A DNA stretch of 63,107 nucleotides, the filler included. It is 3 parts of 3 records of this genome, joined end to end, with 100 filler letters (N's around TTAATTAATTAA, not from the genome) between each part and the next. Parts side by side here need not be neighbours in the genome. Positions count along the whole stretch, not along the records: positions 31,736 to 57,529 come from SRR20825019_2059; 2 more parts are not named here. The stretch is one strand, 5' to 3'. The position numbers and the translations under genes are program-made. A model generated the notes under the pieces. That model worked only from the letters and a program-made list of their open reading frames with translations, did not search any database and was not told the origin of the DNA. Shown here piece after piece: positions 39,387-49,916 of the stretch (position 1 is the first letter of the stretch; each line of letters opens with the position of its first letter).

Positions 39387-41012
39387 TTACTTTAAAATAT
39401 TGGAATATTTAGTGTTGTCTGCCAATAGTTCTTTTGCGGTTAGAATTGCATCATCGTGTTTTAGATAATACCTGTAAAGACCTTCCCTGTAAAAATACCT
39501 GGTAATGATTTCATCCTCCAAATTCTTTTGGATTTCATCTTTATAGGTATCCAATGCATTTATCTTTCCCCTATTTATCGCTAGGAGAAGGTCCTTGTAC
39601 TTTTCCTGTACATCGGCACCCAATAAGGTGTCGTCTCCATTGATGGTTTCTTCCAAGACTTGTTCGGTTTTTGTCTGGTAAGAGAAGTTCTGTTCTGCGG
39701 CATAGGCCTTGAAAGCACTATAATCCGAGCTTGAAAAGCTAAAGTTGTCCACAGAATCAAAACTGTGATCGTAAAAATATTCTGTGGCAAAATCAAAAAC
39801 GATATTGTTGGATTCCAAAGCGTCGATCAACGAATTTGTTTTTAAGGATTCGATGGTGATATCGGGCATTACGCCCCCGCCATCCCAGACCTTTCTTCCG
39901 TTTCTGGTGGTGAATTCATTGAACGTTGTATTGCGAACGGCATTTCCTTGCTCATCCCTGTTCCAATAATCCAAGGATTGTATACATCTGCCCGAAGGGG
40001 TGTAATATCTGGAAATGGTTACCTTTAATTGCGTACCATAAGTTAGTTTGAGCGGGCGTTGTACCAACCCTTTGCCAAAACTCCTTGCACCTATAATTAC
40101 CGCCCGATCCAAATCTTGTAGTCCGCCCGAAACAATCTCACTCGCCGAAGCACTTTTTCCGTTGACGAGTACCACCAACGGGATTTCTTCATCTTCCGGC
40201 TTGTTCCGGGTCCTGTATTCCTGATTGAATTTTTTGACCTTGGATTTTGTCGTAACGATAAGTTCTCCTTTCGGAACAAATAGATTTGTAACGTTGATGG
40301 CCTCGGACAATAGCCCGCCCGGATTTCCCCTAAGATCAAGGATCAACCTCTCGGCACCACGTCCCTTAAGGTCCTGTAAAGCAGATTGTGTTTGCTTGGA
40401 TGCTTTTTGGTTAAAACGGGATAAAACAATATATCCGGTTTTATCATCGATCATATCATAAAACGGAACGGCATCTACCTCCACGCCACCTCTGGTGATG
40501 GTGGTGGTTTTGGTTTCTCCCTGTCGCAAAAAAGTAACCTCAACAGTAGAGTTGTTGGCCCCTTTGAGCAGCTCTCCGGCGTTATCGTCGAAATCAGCGA
40601 CCACAGTCTCCCCAATTTTAATAATCTCGTCCCCGGCCCTTAATCCAGCTTTGTCGGCTGCATACCCTTGATACGGTTCTACGACCAACAATTTATTTTC
40701 ATATGAGCGGACAAGGGCACCTATACCTGAGTATTCCCCAGCGTTGTTGATTTTAAAGGATTCTACATCCTGCTCATTCAAAAACTGCGTATAGGGATCT
40801 AGCTCTCCCAACATGTTTTTTATGGCGGAATCCATCAATTCTGCGGGATTGGTCTCGTCCACATAGTTCATGTTGAGCTCCTTGAAGAGGGTGGTAAAAA
40901 TTTCTATCTGTTTGGCGATTTCAAAAAAGTCGCTTTTAAAGCTACTGGCCCCTACCAAGACCACAACCGCCAAAACGGGAATCAAAACCTGCTTTCTAAT
41001 CAATCTTTTCAT
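39387..41012 (-). CDS. S41 family C-terminal processing peptidase (PDZ)
   Basis: LDPY, YSGIG, DLRGNPGGLL, SASASEIV, RSFGKG.VQ, YYTPSGR. Confidence 0.95.
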   Translation of the reverse strand: MKRLIRKQVLIPVLAVVVLVGASSFKSDFFEIAKQIEIFTTLFKELNMNYVDETNPAELMDSAIKNMLGELDPYTQFLNEQDVESFKINNAGEYSGIGALVRSYENKLLVVEPYQGYAADKAGLRAGDEIIKIGETVVADFDDNAGELLKGANNSTVEVTFLRQGETKTTTITRGGVEVDAVPFYDMIDDKTGYIVLSRFNQKASKQTQSALQDLKGRGAERLILDLRGNPGGLLSEAINVTNLFVPKGELIVTTKSKVKKFNQEYRTRNKPEDEEIPLVVLVNGKSASASEIVSGGLQDLDRAVIIGARSFGKGLVQRPLKLTYGTQLKVTISRYYTPSGRCIQSLDYWNRDEQGNAVRNTTFNEFTTRNGRKVWDGGGVMPDITIESLKTNSLIDALESNNIVFDFATEYFYDHSFDSVDNFSFSSSDYSAFKAYAAEQNFSYQTKTEQVLEETINGDDTLLGADVQEKYKDLLLAINRGKINALDTYKDEIQKNLEDEIITRYFYREGLYRYYLKHDDAILTAKELLADNTKYSNILK

Positions 41013-41439
41013 GGGATTCTTTATTTACAAAGGCATCCAACAGCTTTTTCATGGCTATTTCTACTTCATCAAAACTTGGAGCCTTCTTGCCAAGGTATAA
41101 AAATATGAACGCAAAATTCCTTTCAATGTTGTTAAAAATGAGGGGCTTGTTGAGCCTGTAGGCCTCTCTCATTAATCGTTTGATGCGGTTGCGGTCTACC
41201 GCCGTTTTAAATTTTCTTTTTGGGGCGACAACAGCGACCTTTACTCTGGAGCCATCACTAAAATTTGAAGGGAGGTAGATCAGCTTAACCGGAAATACAT
41301 GAAGGGACTTGCCTTCTGTAAAAAGCGCTTCGAACAATTTTTTATTGGTCAGTTTCTCTTTTTTTGGAAAGGAAAAGTCCCCTTGAGGGGACCTTAGGGG
41401 TGTATTAGTATCGTTTGAATCTGTATTTTCTTCAGACAT
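40996..41439 (-). CDS. rnpA: Ribonuclease P protein component with N-terminal extension
   Basis: F.FPKKEKL, APKRKFKTAVDRNRIKR..REAYR (RNR motif). Confidence 0.93.
   Translation of the reverse strand: MSEENTDSNDTNTPLRSPQGDFSFPKKEKLTNKKLFEALFTEGKSLHVFPVKLIYLPSNFSDGSRVKVAVVAPKRKFKTAVDRNRIKRLMREAYRLNKPLIFNNIERNFAFIFLYLGKKAPSFDEVEIAMKKLLDAFVNKESHEKID
41377..41403 (+). repeat. REP-like palindromic repeat, copy 2, inside the rnpA coding sequence
   Basis: GTCCCCTTGAGGGGACCTTAGGGGTGT; its reverse complement encodes TPLRSPQGD in the RnpA frame. Confidence 0.8.
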
Positions 41440-41499
41440 TATGATGGAGACTAGTTCTTTGGAAAGGTCAAATTACTTAAATAAATCCAAGATTAAATG

Positions 41500-41527
41500 A
41501 AAAAGGGCGGCACAAACGGCCACCCTT
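41500..41527 (-). terminator. Intrinsic terminator after the M1 peptidase
   Basis: Minus strand AAGGGTGGC-cgtttgt-GCCGCCCTT-TTT. Confidence 0.75.
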
Positions 41528-41551
41528 GTTGTTCTGTTAAAGGAAAGCTGC

Positions 41552-43402
41552 TTATTCCTCTGCTTGGTATACGTTGTTCTCACCATCCACATCGGCCATC
41601 AATTGAGAAGGGTCGATCATAATGGCCTGCACGTTTTCCAAGGGCATGTCCAAGGTAAATTCGTACGTTGGGTAGGCCCATGGCCAGTCTTCCAAAACGG
41701 TACGGTCCAAATTTGGATATGGGTTTTCTTTTTCGCCGTACATCATACGCAATGGAACGTAGTATGTTTTTTGTGTCCCATCCTTGCCAACGACCAGGAT
41801 ATCCAAAGGCATGGGCATTTCTCCTATGCGCTCCATGGTAACTTTGGTGTTCTCCCCATCTGCATCAACACTTTTGATACCGTAATCAATGGTGTTGGTA
41901 GTCTGCGTCCAATCGGTCAAATACCAGTTGAGTTCCATACCGGATACCTTTTCTGCCGTTCTTTTGATGTCGTTCGGAACAGGGTGCTTGAACTTGAAGT
42001 CTTCAAAATATTTTTGGATGGTCTCCATCAACTTGTCCTGTCCGATCACATAGCCCAATTGGGAAAGGAAAATAGAACCTTTGCTATAGGCTGAAACCCC
42101 ATAGGCAAAATTCGTCGTATATCTGTCCGCATGGGTGGACTGGGGCATTTCAAGACCTGAGTTTACCAGAGCGTAATATCCACGGTAAGAACCCTCAAAA
42201 GGGTTTTGTTTGTTTTGTTCCATGATCTGGTTCATACACAAGCTGCTAATAAACGAAGTAAAACCTTCGTCCATCCACTCATGTTCGGATTCGTTGGTTG
42301 CAAGCACGTGCTGGAACCAAGAGTGTGCCATTTCGTGCACCATTACCCCGACCAAGCTTCCGAATTCACGTTCGCCGGTAATCAAGGTGCTCATGGCATA
42401 TTCCATTCCGCCATCACCTCCCTGCACCACGGAGTATTGTTCATAAGGGTATTTCCCAACATTATTGCTAAAGAACTTCATGGCTTCCGCCGTTTTTGGC
42501 TGAAGGTTTTTCCAATTTTCATTGAACTCTGGGTTATCCTTGTAGAAGAAATGAAGGGTAGGACCATCTTCCATTTGATAAATGTCGTGGATATACTCAG
42601 GATCGGCCGCCCACATAAAATCGTGAACCTTCGGGGCCTTAAAATGCCAAGTCAAGGTTTTGCCCTTGGTTTTTACTTTTGTGCCCGGTGCTTCATATCC
42701 GTGTCCAATTTCATCTGGATTTTGAAGATATCCAGAGCCTCCAACGGTATAATCTTTGTCCAAGGTAATCTTTACATCAAAATCTCCCCAAACCCCATGA
42801 AATTCACGGGCTATGTATGGATTTGGATGCCATCCTTCAAAATCATATTCTGAAAGTTTTGGATACCACTGGCTCATGGAAAGCGCAACGCCCTCGCTAC
42901 TATTTCTTCCAGAGCGTCTAATTTGAAGGGGAACTTGCCCCTTGAAGGTCATTTCTAAAGTGGTTTTTCCTCCGGAAGGAATAGGCTTGGCCAAATCGAC
43001 CACAAGAATGGTGCCTTCTTCTGTAAAGGAAACAGGTTGGCCGTCTTGGGTAAGCGATTCTGTATGAAGATACCCCATTTCACTTTCTGAAAGGGATGCA
43101 ATCCTGCTTTTTCCATCGACCATCATCCGTTTATCGGGATCTTTAATGTTTTGTAGCCTAATGTCCATTTCACTACCGGGCTGAAAGGCATTGTAGTATA
43201 AATGATAAAAAACGCGGCTCAATTCATCCGGGGAATTGTTGGTATAGACCAATTTTTGGGTGCCGGTGTACTGATAGGTCTTTACATCCATTTGTACATC
43301 CATGGTATAATCCACGTGCTGTTGCCAGTCACTTGATTGCGCACTTAAAAAAAGGGTAGCCCCAAAAAAGGACGAAAAAAAGAGGGATCGTAAATGCTTC
43401 AT
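41552..43402 (-). CDS. M1 family metallo-aminopeptidase
   Basis: GGMEY, HEMAHSWF, WMDEG, AYSKG motifs. Confidence 0.95.
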   Translation of the reverse strand: MKHLRSLFFSSFFGATLFLSAQSSDWQQHVDYTMDVQMDVKTYQYTGTQKLVYTNNSPDELSRVFYHLYYNAFQPGSEMDIRLQNIKDPDKRMMVDGKSRIASLSESEMGYLHTESLTQDGQPVSFTEEGTILVVDLAKPIPSGGKTTLEMTFKGQVPLQIRRSGRNSSEGVALSMSQWYPKLSEYDFEGWHPNPYIAREFHGVWGDFDVKITLDKDYTVGGSGYLQNPDEIGHGYEAPGTKVKTKGKTLTWHFKAPKVHDFMWAADPEYIHDIYQMEDGPTLHFFYKDNPEFNENWKNLQPKTAEAMKFFSNNVGKYPYEQYSVVQGGDGGMEYAMSTLITGEREFGSLVGVMVHEMAHSWFQHVLATNESEHEWMDEGFTSFISSLCMNQIMEQNKQNPFEGSYRGYYALVNSGLEMPQSTHADRYTTNFAYGVSAYSKGSIFLSQLGYVIGQDKLMETIQKYFEDFKFKHPVPNDIKRTAEKVSGMELNWYLTDWTQTTNTIDYGIKSVDADGENTKVTMERIGEMPMPLDILVVGKDGTQKTYYVPLRMMYGEKENPYPNLDRTVLEDWPWAYPTYEFTLDMPLENVQAIMIDPSQLMADVDGENNVYQAEE

Positions 43403-43405
43403 ATT

Positions 43406-45055
43406 TTATTTAGAATTGCTTTCTAAGGTCATTTTACCGTTTGAGATGTTGTCCGCTAAAATTAAGGCATTATAGGCATTAACCATCTTACCGGACTTGG
43501 AAATTTTGTCGAAAGTGGTCGCTTTGGTCTCATCCCCTGCAACGATAACGGATGTCTTGGCCCTAAGTCCGGACTGCATGATGATACTTTTGACCTGGGA
43601 AGCGGAAAGGTCTGGATAATAAGAAAGAATCAATGCAGCAACGCCTGCAACTGCTGGGGCCGCCATGGATGTTCCGCCCTGGAATTCGTATTCGCTATTG
43701 GGCATCGTGGAATATATGGCGTCGCCCGGGGCGAATACATCTACACGTTGTTTTCCATAATTGGAGAAAGACGCGACCATTTCAGAACCGTAACTGCTGG
43801 AAAGGGCCCCAACGGTAATCACGTTGTCCACAAATTCGCTATCCCTGTCCATATCGTCATTTGGATAATTCCTGTTTTCCGGAACCTCTAGGTCCTCGCC
43901 ATCGTTTCCTGCGGCATGCACGATCAACACATCCTTGGATGCGGCATATTTTATGGCATCGTAGACCCACTCGGCTTTAGGAGAAAAAGATTTCCCGAAG
44001 CTACAGTTGATTATGGAGGCTCCGTTGTCAACGGCATACCTAATGCCCAAAGCAATATCCTTGTCGTATTCATCTCCGTTGGGAACGGCCCTGATGCTCA
44101 TAATTTCAACGTTGTTGGCCACTCCGTTCATACCAATGCCATTGTTTCTTTTTGCAGCGATAATTCCGGCAACGTGGGTACCATGGCTCTCGGTGTCCAC
44201 CATGTTCTTTGGGTTTCCGTTTCCGTACGGCACATCGGTAATTTCATAAGGGTCGTCGCCCACAGGCTCCCTGCCGTTAAAGTCCTTGTTGAGGTTGTAG
44301 TTGGCCTGATCGGTAAAATAAGTGATGCCTTCTTCAAGCTCCTCCAATACTTCGGGAATACTGTCGCCATAGGTAAACATTTGGGTCAAAACCGCAACAC
44401 TTTGCTCCATTTGCGCCGTTTTTGGTTCTATGGAGAGCAGATCTTTTTTGGTATAGGTCTCTTTGCCCAACTCGTTTTTAACAAGCTCATCGGCGCCTTT
44501 CACCACCTGAAATATTTGTTCGTACTGCTGTTTGTTCTGAACGGCTTCGGGATATTCCTTATCGAGCAAAAGTCTTGCTTCTGCCCTTTCGGACGCATCC
44601 CCGATGTTCAAACGCAGCATTCGGACATACTCCAATTGCTCGTTATAGGATCCGCCCAAAAAGTTGTAACCGTGGATATCGTCCACATAACCATTGCCAT
44701 CATCATCCTTGCCATTGTCGGGTGTTTCGCCAGAATTGGTCCAAAGGACGCCCTTCAGGTCTTCGTGCTCCAGATCCATGCCCGAATCCAAAACGGCCAC
44801 GACAACGGTTTTTCCTTTTTTGTTCTTAATGATTTCATCGTAGGCCTTATCCACGCTCATTCCCGGTATCGTGTCCTTGATAAGGTCCAAGTGTCCCCAG
44901 TTTTTCTTCTGCGTTTCGGTAAGTTCAGCGACTTTCAAGGGTACAGAGTCAATGTTCTCAACCGGGGTCGAGACCAATCCGGTGGACCCACAACCCATTA
45001 AAAATAGAGCGGCGGACAGCGATAGGAATGATAGTTTGTTATATGTGCGATTCAT
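43406..45055 (-). CDS. S8 subtilisin-like lipoprotein peptidase
   Basis: Lipobox LMGC; VAVLDSG, HGTHVAG, AAGN, GTSMAAP catalytic triad motifs. Confidence 0.96.
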   Translation of the reverse strand: MNRTYNKLSFLSLSAALFLMGCGSTGLVSTPVENIDSVPLKVAELTETQKKNWGHLDLIKDTIPGMSVDKAYDEIIKNKKGKTVVVAVLDSGMDLEHEDLKGVLWTNSGETPDNGKDDDGNGYVDDIHGYNFLGGSYNEQLEYVRMLRLNIGDASERAEARLLLDKEYPEAVQNKQQYEQIFQVVKGADELVKNELGKETYTKKDLLSIEPKTAQMEQSVAVLTQMFTYGDSIPEVLEELEEGITYFTDQANYNLNKDFNGREPVGDDPYEITDVPYGNGNPKNMVDTESHGTHVAGIIAAKRNNGIGMNGVANNVEIMSIRAVPNGDEYDKDIALGIRYAVDNGASIINCSFGKSFSPKAEWVYDAIKYAASKDVLIVHAAGNDGEDLEVPENRNYPNDDMDRDSEFVDNVITVGALSSSYGSEMVASFSNYGKQRVDVFAPGDAIYSTMPNSEYEFQGGTSMAAPAVAGVAALILSYYPDLSASQVKSIIMQSGLRAKTSVIVAGDETKATTFDKISKSGKMVNAYNALILADNISNGKMTLESNSK

Positions 45056-45081
45056 AAAAATTAATTGTAAAAAATGTGAGG

Positions 45082-45948
45082 TTATTGTATACTGAATATT
45101 TCATTGTAGGAAAAGAGGCCATCGAGGCGGGCTCCCTTTTCGGACTGCTTCAATGAGCAGATTTGATTATGTGCATCGTGCTCGAACAAGAGGAGCCAAT
45201 CGTTTTCTGCAGCTTTTTTTAAAAAGGATTCTTTTTCTTTTAAGGTCAACAAGGGCCGTGTGTCATATCCCATCACATAGGGCAGGGGAATATGCCCAAC
45301 GGTAGGAACCAGGTCGGCCACAAAGACCAAGGTCTTGCCTTTATAATTTAAATGCGGTAGCATTTGTTTATCGGTATGGCCGTCCACGAAATGGATACCG
45401 AACCCGAGTTCAGAATTTTCTATGAAAGAGGATTCCCTTCGGTCCACAAAATGCAACTGGCCGCTTTCTTGCATGGGCAACAGATTTTCTTTTAAAAAGG
45501 AAGCTTTTTCCCTTGCGTTCGGTTGGGTGGCCCATTCCCAATGGTCTTTATTTGTCCAGAACTTGGCATTTTTGAAGGCGGGCTCATAACCGGTTCGGTC
45601 TTTGTTCCATTGGATACTGCCACCGCAATGGTCAAAATGGAGATGGGTCAAAAAAACGTCCGTTACATCGTCCCGATGGAAGCCGGCATTTTTCAATGAT
45701 TTGTCCAATGAATGATCGCCCCAGAGGTGATAGTAGCTAAAGAATTTTTCTGATTGTTTGTTGCCAAGTCCGTTATCGATCAAAATAAGCCTGTCACCTT
45801 CTTCTATCAAAAGGCACCGGGCGGCAAGATCGATCATATTGTTGGCATCTGCAGGGTTGGTCCTGTTCCAAATAGATTTGGGGACGACACCGAACATGGC
45901 TCCACCATCCAACTTAAAATTACCTGTCTCTATGGGATAAATTGTCAT
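45082..45948 (-). CDS. MBL-fold metallo-hydrolase (YtnP-like)
   Basis: FKLDGGAMFGVVPK, THLHFDHCGG, GHT, ADL.P, FEHD. Confidence 0.92.
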   Translation of the reverse strand: MTIYPIETGNFKLDGGAMFGVVPKSIWNRTNPADANNMIDLAARCLLIEEGDRLILIDNGLGNKQSEKFFSYYHLWGDHSLDKSLKNAGFHRDDVTDVFLTHLHFDHCGGSIQWNKDRTGYEPAFKNAKFWTNKDHWEWATQPNAREKASFLKENLLPMQESGQLHFVDRRESSFIENSELGFGIHFVDGHTDKQMLPHLNYKGKTLVFVADLVPTVGHIPLPYVMGYDTRPLLTLKEKESFLKKAAENDWLLLFEHDAHNQICSLKQSEKGARLDGLFSYNEIFSIQ

Positions 45949-46157
45949 TCCGAAAGTAAAATGGGGTGCAAAATAAGAAAAGCACGACCCAAATGGCGAA
46001 AAAATAAGGATATATTGGCCCTATTTTAACAAAAAAGGGAAGAGTTTCATTAAAACGGCCATAGTTTGGGCGGATATGCGCTTTTCTATCCCTTGACAGG
46101 GATATTGAAGAATGATTATCTAAAAGAAAAACAGTAAATTTCCACAAAACTTAAACG

Positions 46158-48011
46158 ATGCTCGAACTTGCTGGAATCATAATTCTTGGCATTATTGCAC
46201 AATGGGTCGCTTGGCGCTTCAAGCTTCCTGCGATCTTACCCCTTATATTGATAGGGTTGCTGGTAGGCCCCATAGCGACTTTATACACGGAGGACGGATC
46301 AAAACTGATAGAACCTATTTGGAATGGCGAGAAAGGCTTGTTCCCGGGCGAAGGGTTGTACTATTTTGTGTCCTTGGCGATAAGTGTCATACTTTTTGAA
46401 GGAGGGTTGACCCTAAAAAGGGCGGAGATATCCAATGTGGGACCTGTCATCACCAAATTGATCACCATCGGTACAGTGGTCACTTTTTTTGGAGCAGGGG
46501 TCGCAGCACACTATGTTTTTGGACTTTCTTGGCAAATTTCCTTTTTGTTCTCCGGTTTGATCATTGTGACCGGGCCTACCGTGATCACACCTATTCTTAG
46601 GAACATTCCACTAAAAAAGGACGTCTCGGCGGTCCTGAAATGGGAAGGGATATTGATCGACCCCATCGGGGCCTTGGTCGCGGTATTGGTGTTCGAGTTC
46701 ATTAGTGTTGGAGAGGGACAGGCCTTTACCCAAACGGCACTTATCGAGTTCGGTAAGATCATCCTGTTCGGGACGACTTTTGGGTTCACCTTTGCACATG
46801 CATTGGCATTTGCCATCAAAAGAAATTTTATCCCGCATTACCTGCTCAATGTGGTTTCGCTCTCCACGGTACTCCTGGTATATGTGGAATCGGACCTGTT
46901 CGCCCACGAATCCGGCCTGTTGGCCGTAGTGGTGATGGGTATGGTCATGGGCAACATGAACCTGCCGAACATCAAGGAACTTCTTTATTTTAAGGAATCC
47001 CTGAGCGTGTTGTTGATTTCCATCCTTTTTATCCTATTGGCGGCCAATATCAATATTAGCGATCTAGAACTTATTTACAACTGGAACACCGTTGCCCTTT
47101 TTGCGGTAATTGTATTCCTTATACGGCCTATCGGGGTCTTTCTGAGCGCCCAGGGGTCCAATTTAAAATTCAACGAAAAGCTTTTTATAGGATGGGTGGG
47201 TCCGCGCGGTATCGTAGCGGCGGGTATTGCTTCGCTTTTTGGATCTAAACTGGTATCAAGGGGAGAACCGGGCGCGGAATACATTACCCCGTTGGTCTTT
47301 ATGATCGTTCTGGGAACCGTATTGTTAAATGCGACTACGGCCCGTTTTTTTGCCAAGCTCGTTGGCGTGTTCCTGAAGAAGTCCGAGGGTATTTTAATTA
47401 TTGGCGCCTCCAAACTGTCCAGGCTCATCGGAAACTATTTGAGGAAGAACAATAGGCACGTCGTATTGATAGACAACAACCAAAACAATGTGGAAAAAGC
47501 GAAAAAATTGGGACTTGAGGCCATTACCGCCAATATTTTCTCCGATACGCTAACCGATAATATCGAGCTTAACGATATGGGATATCTAATGGCGTTGACC
47601 GGGAACTCGGATATCAACAAATTCGCGATCAACAAGTTTCAACGACAATTTGGGGAGAACGGAGCTTTCAGGCTTGTAAATACCGAAGAGGTGAACGACC
47701 CTGACAATAACCCAAAAGAAGGACTTTTTTCGCATACCGATGACTTTATCCAATTGATGGATACGGTACGGAAGCACCCTATCATACACGAGATTGATCT
47801 GGAGGACAAGGAACACTATGATGATTTGATAGATATTACCGTGGAAGAAAGAGACATTGTACCCTTGTTCACAAAATCCCCGGACGGCAGTATTGAGATC
47901 ATACCCGCCAACAGCAAGGATTTTACTCCAAAAGGCGAGGGCTTTAAACTGGTTTATTTGGGGAGGGAAATTCAAGTTAAAAAAGAGGAAAAGAATCCCG
48001 AAAAAGAATAA
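46158..48011 (+). CDS. CPA1/NhaP-type cation:proton antiporter with C-terminal RCK-N domain
   Basis: ILFEGGL, VTGPTV, WEGILIDP, GPRGIVAA; IIGA.....VVLID Rossmann tail. Confidence 0.92.
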   Translation: MLELAGIIILGIIAQWVAWRFKLPAILPLILIGLLVGPIATLYTEDGSKLIEPIWNGEKGLFPGEGLYYFVSLAISVILFEGGLTLKRAEISNVGPVITKLITIGTVVTFFGAGVAAHYVFGLSWQISFLFSGLIIVTGPTVITPILRNIPLKKDVSAVLKWEGILIDPIGALVAVLVFEFISVGEGQAFTQTALIEFGKIILFGTTFGFTFAHALAFAIKRNFIPHYLLNVVSLSTVLLVYVESDLFAHESGLLAVVVMGMVMGNMNLPNIKELLYFKESLSVLLISILFILLAANINISDLELIYNWNTVALFAVIVFLIRPIGVFLSAQGSNLKFNEKLFIGWVGPRGIVAAGIASLFGSKLVSRGEPGAEYITPLVFMIVLGTVLLNATTARFFAKLVGVFLKKSEGILIIGASKLSRLIGNYLRKNNRHVVLIDNNQNNVEKAKKLGLEAITANIFSDTLTDNIELNDMGYLMALTGNSDINKFAINKFQRQFGENGAFRLVNTEEVNDPDNNPKEGLFSHTDDFIQLMDTVRKHPIIHEIDLEDKEHYDDLIDITVEERDIVPLFTKSPDGSIEIIPANSKDFTPKGEGFKLVYLGREIQVKKEEKNPEKE

Positions 48012-48132
48012 AATTGTTTTCTGAAGAAGAATCGAAAATGGTTTAGAGACGATTCTATTCACGTACCATAGTAGAGCCGGCACAGAAAAACAGGTGGCCA
48101 AACAAAGAATAGAACTCTAAATTGCGCGCAAT

Positions 48133-49911
48133 ATGGGCAGTGATTTGATTATTACCATTGTGATCATCTGTATAGGAATCGTCCTGTTCATAAAGGATTA
48201 TTTTTCCATAGATACCACATCCATTATTATAATGGCCCTCTTTATTGTTGCCGGCGTCCTGAATCCAAAGGAAGGTTTTTCGGGATTCAATCATCCGGCC
48301 ACCATAACCCTGGGGTGCATGTTCGTGGTAAGTGCGGGGGTGTTCAATTCGGGTATCTTGGGAGGTCTTAGCGATAGGATCATAAAACTGGCAAAAATAC
48401 ATTACAGCATTGCCCTGATCACCTTTTGTCTTATTGCGGGCATGTTTTCCGCCTTTGTGAACGATTCCGCGGTGGTGGCGCTACTTTTGCCAATTGCACT
48501 GACGGTTTGTAGGGAGACGAAGATATCTCCGGGCATGTTGTTGATTCCCATATCCTTTTCGGCACTTTTTGGGGGCACCTGTACCTTGATAGGCACCTCC
48601 ACCAATATTTTGGTGAGCAGTTATGCCGAAGAATATGGATTGGAGGGTTTTGGAATGTTCGAGTTTAGCCTGGCCGCCCTTTGCTTGGCGACAATTGGCT
48701 TTGCCTATATATTTTTTGTGGCACCGCTGCTCTTGCCAAAGGCGAAAAAAGAGTTGAACGTACTTACGAAAGAAGCAGAAAAGTATATTACCGAACTGTT
48801 GGTGGAAAAGGATTGCCCCGATAGCGACAAGCCTTTGCACCTGTCCAAACTGGTCAACGACCATAATGTGCAGATCTTAAGCATTTCCAGGGATAGGTTT
48901 AACAGGAAAAGCATTGGCCCCGAAACGTTTATTTTGGAAGGGGACGTAATGAAAGTCCTCGTTCCGCCGAAGACATTGAACGCCATCCGGGACTTAAAAG
49001 GCTACAGGGTGACCGGTGACAAACAGTTTAACGAATCAGAACTGGAGAAAAATGTTTATGAGGTTATCGTTCCTTTTGGCTCAAGGCTTACGGAGGGCTC
49101 CCTGCGCTCCCTTAATTTTAGGAGGCAATACAATGGATCGGTTTTGGCCATACGGCAGCGAGGGGAGATTTTGTACGAAAAACTGGCCGACGTAAAGTTG
49201 ACAGAGGGCGATATGCTGTTGATTTTGGGCACTGAAGCCGATGTTGATGTGCTGGTCGAGCAGGGCTTGGTGGTGGCCCTGTCCGAGTATAAGCACCAAA
49301 AGGTCAATTATAGAAAAGCGGTTCCCGCTATTGTTATAGCTGTAGGTGTGGTACTGGCGGCCTCGCTCAATCTCACCTCCATTTTGATCAGCAGTATGGT
49401 GGGGGCCCTGTTATTGGTGGCCACCTCCACGTTAAAACCGAAAGAAGCGTACGAGGCAGTGGAATGGAAGGTCATCTTTATGATGGCAGGCGTACTTTCC
49501 ATGGGAACGGCCCTTGAAAAGACTGGTGGGGCCGAAAAAATCGCCCTTTTTATAGAGCAGACCTTGGGAAATTATCATGCCCAAGTGACCCTAAGTATAT
49601 TGTATCTGGTTACTTTTTTGAGCACCAATGTGCTTTCAAGCAAGGCCACGGCAGCTTTGATGACACCGATAGTCATCAGTTTGGCCTCCGCGATGGGGAT
49701 AAGTGAAAGGCCGTTTTTGGTGGCGGTGATGTTTGCCTGCTCCCTGACCTTTATGACCCCGGTAAGCTATCCGACGAACACCATGGTCTATGCTCCTGGA
49801 AATTATAAATTCAATGATTTTTTAAAGGTCGGGACCCCGCTCAATATCATTATATGGATAGCGGCCACTTTTGTGATACCGTACTTTTTTCCTTTTAATC
49901 CGGGAAGCTAA
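48133..49911 (+). CDS. SLC13/DASS family permease with TrkA-C domains
   Basis: SAFVND, GGTCTLIGTSTNI, two RCK-C repeats, FMTPVSYPTNTMV..PG.YKF.DF.KVG. Confidence 0.92.
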   Translation: MGSDLIITIVIICIGIVLFIKDYFSIDTTSIIIMALFIVAGVLNPKEGFSGFNHPATITLGCMFVVSAGVFNSGILGGLSDRIIKLAKIHYSIALITFCLIAGMFSAFVNDSAVVALLLPIALTVCRETKISPGMLLIPISFSALFGGTCTLIGTSTNILVSSYAEEYGLEGFGMFEFSLAALCLATIGFAYIFFVAPLLLPKAKKELNVLTKEAEKYITELLVEKDCPDSDKPLHLSKLVNDHNVQILSISRDRFNRKSIGPETFILEGDVMKVLVPPKTLNAIRDLKGYRVTGDKQFNESELEKNVYEVIVPFGSRLTEGSLRSLNFRRQYNGSVLAIRQRGEILYEKLADVKLTEGDMLLILGTEADVDVLVEQGLVVALSEYKHQKVNYRKAVPAIVIAVGVVLAASLNLTSILISSMVGALLLVATSTLKPKEAYEAVEWKVIFMMAGVLSMGTALEKTGGAEKIALFIEQTLGNYHAQVTLSILYLVTFLSTNVLSSKATAALMTPIVISLASAMGISERPFLVAVMFACSLTFMTPVSYPTNTMVYAPGNYKFNDFLKVGTPLNIIIWIAATFVIPYFFPFNPGS

Positions 49912-49916
49912 ACCAG

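Noticed and set aside
37730-41403. Two direct-repeat copies as the ends of a mobile element carrying dcm
   Set aside because: The interval includes the core S41 gene and most of rnpA and has no transposase or integrase; dispersed REP-like copies fit better.
41564-42853. 176-aa and 215-aa plus-strand ORFs
   Set aside because: Antisense shadows of the M1 peptidase.
43916-45001. 361-aa plus-strand ORF
   Set aside because: Lies wholly antisense to the S8 peptidase and has no recognisable motifs; shadow ORFs are common in this GC-richer contig.
39387-45948. Cluster of S41, M1, S8 and MBL hydrolases with rnpA as a novel proteolytic system
   Set aside because: These are unrelated housekeeping-type enzymes, with a terminator between M1 and rnpA and nothing indicating a dedicated system.
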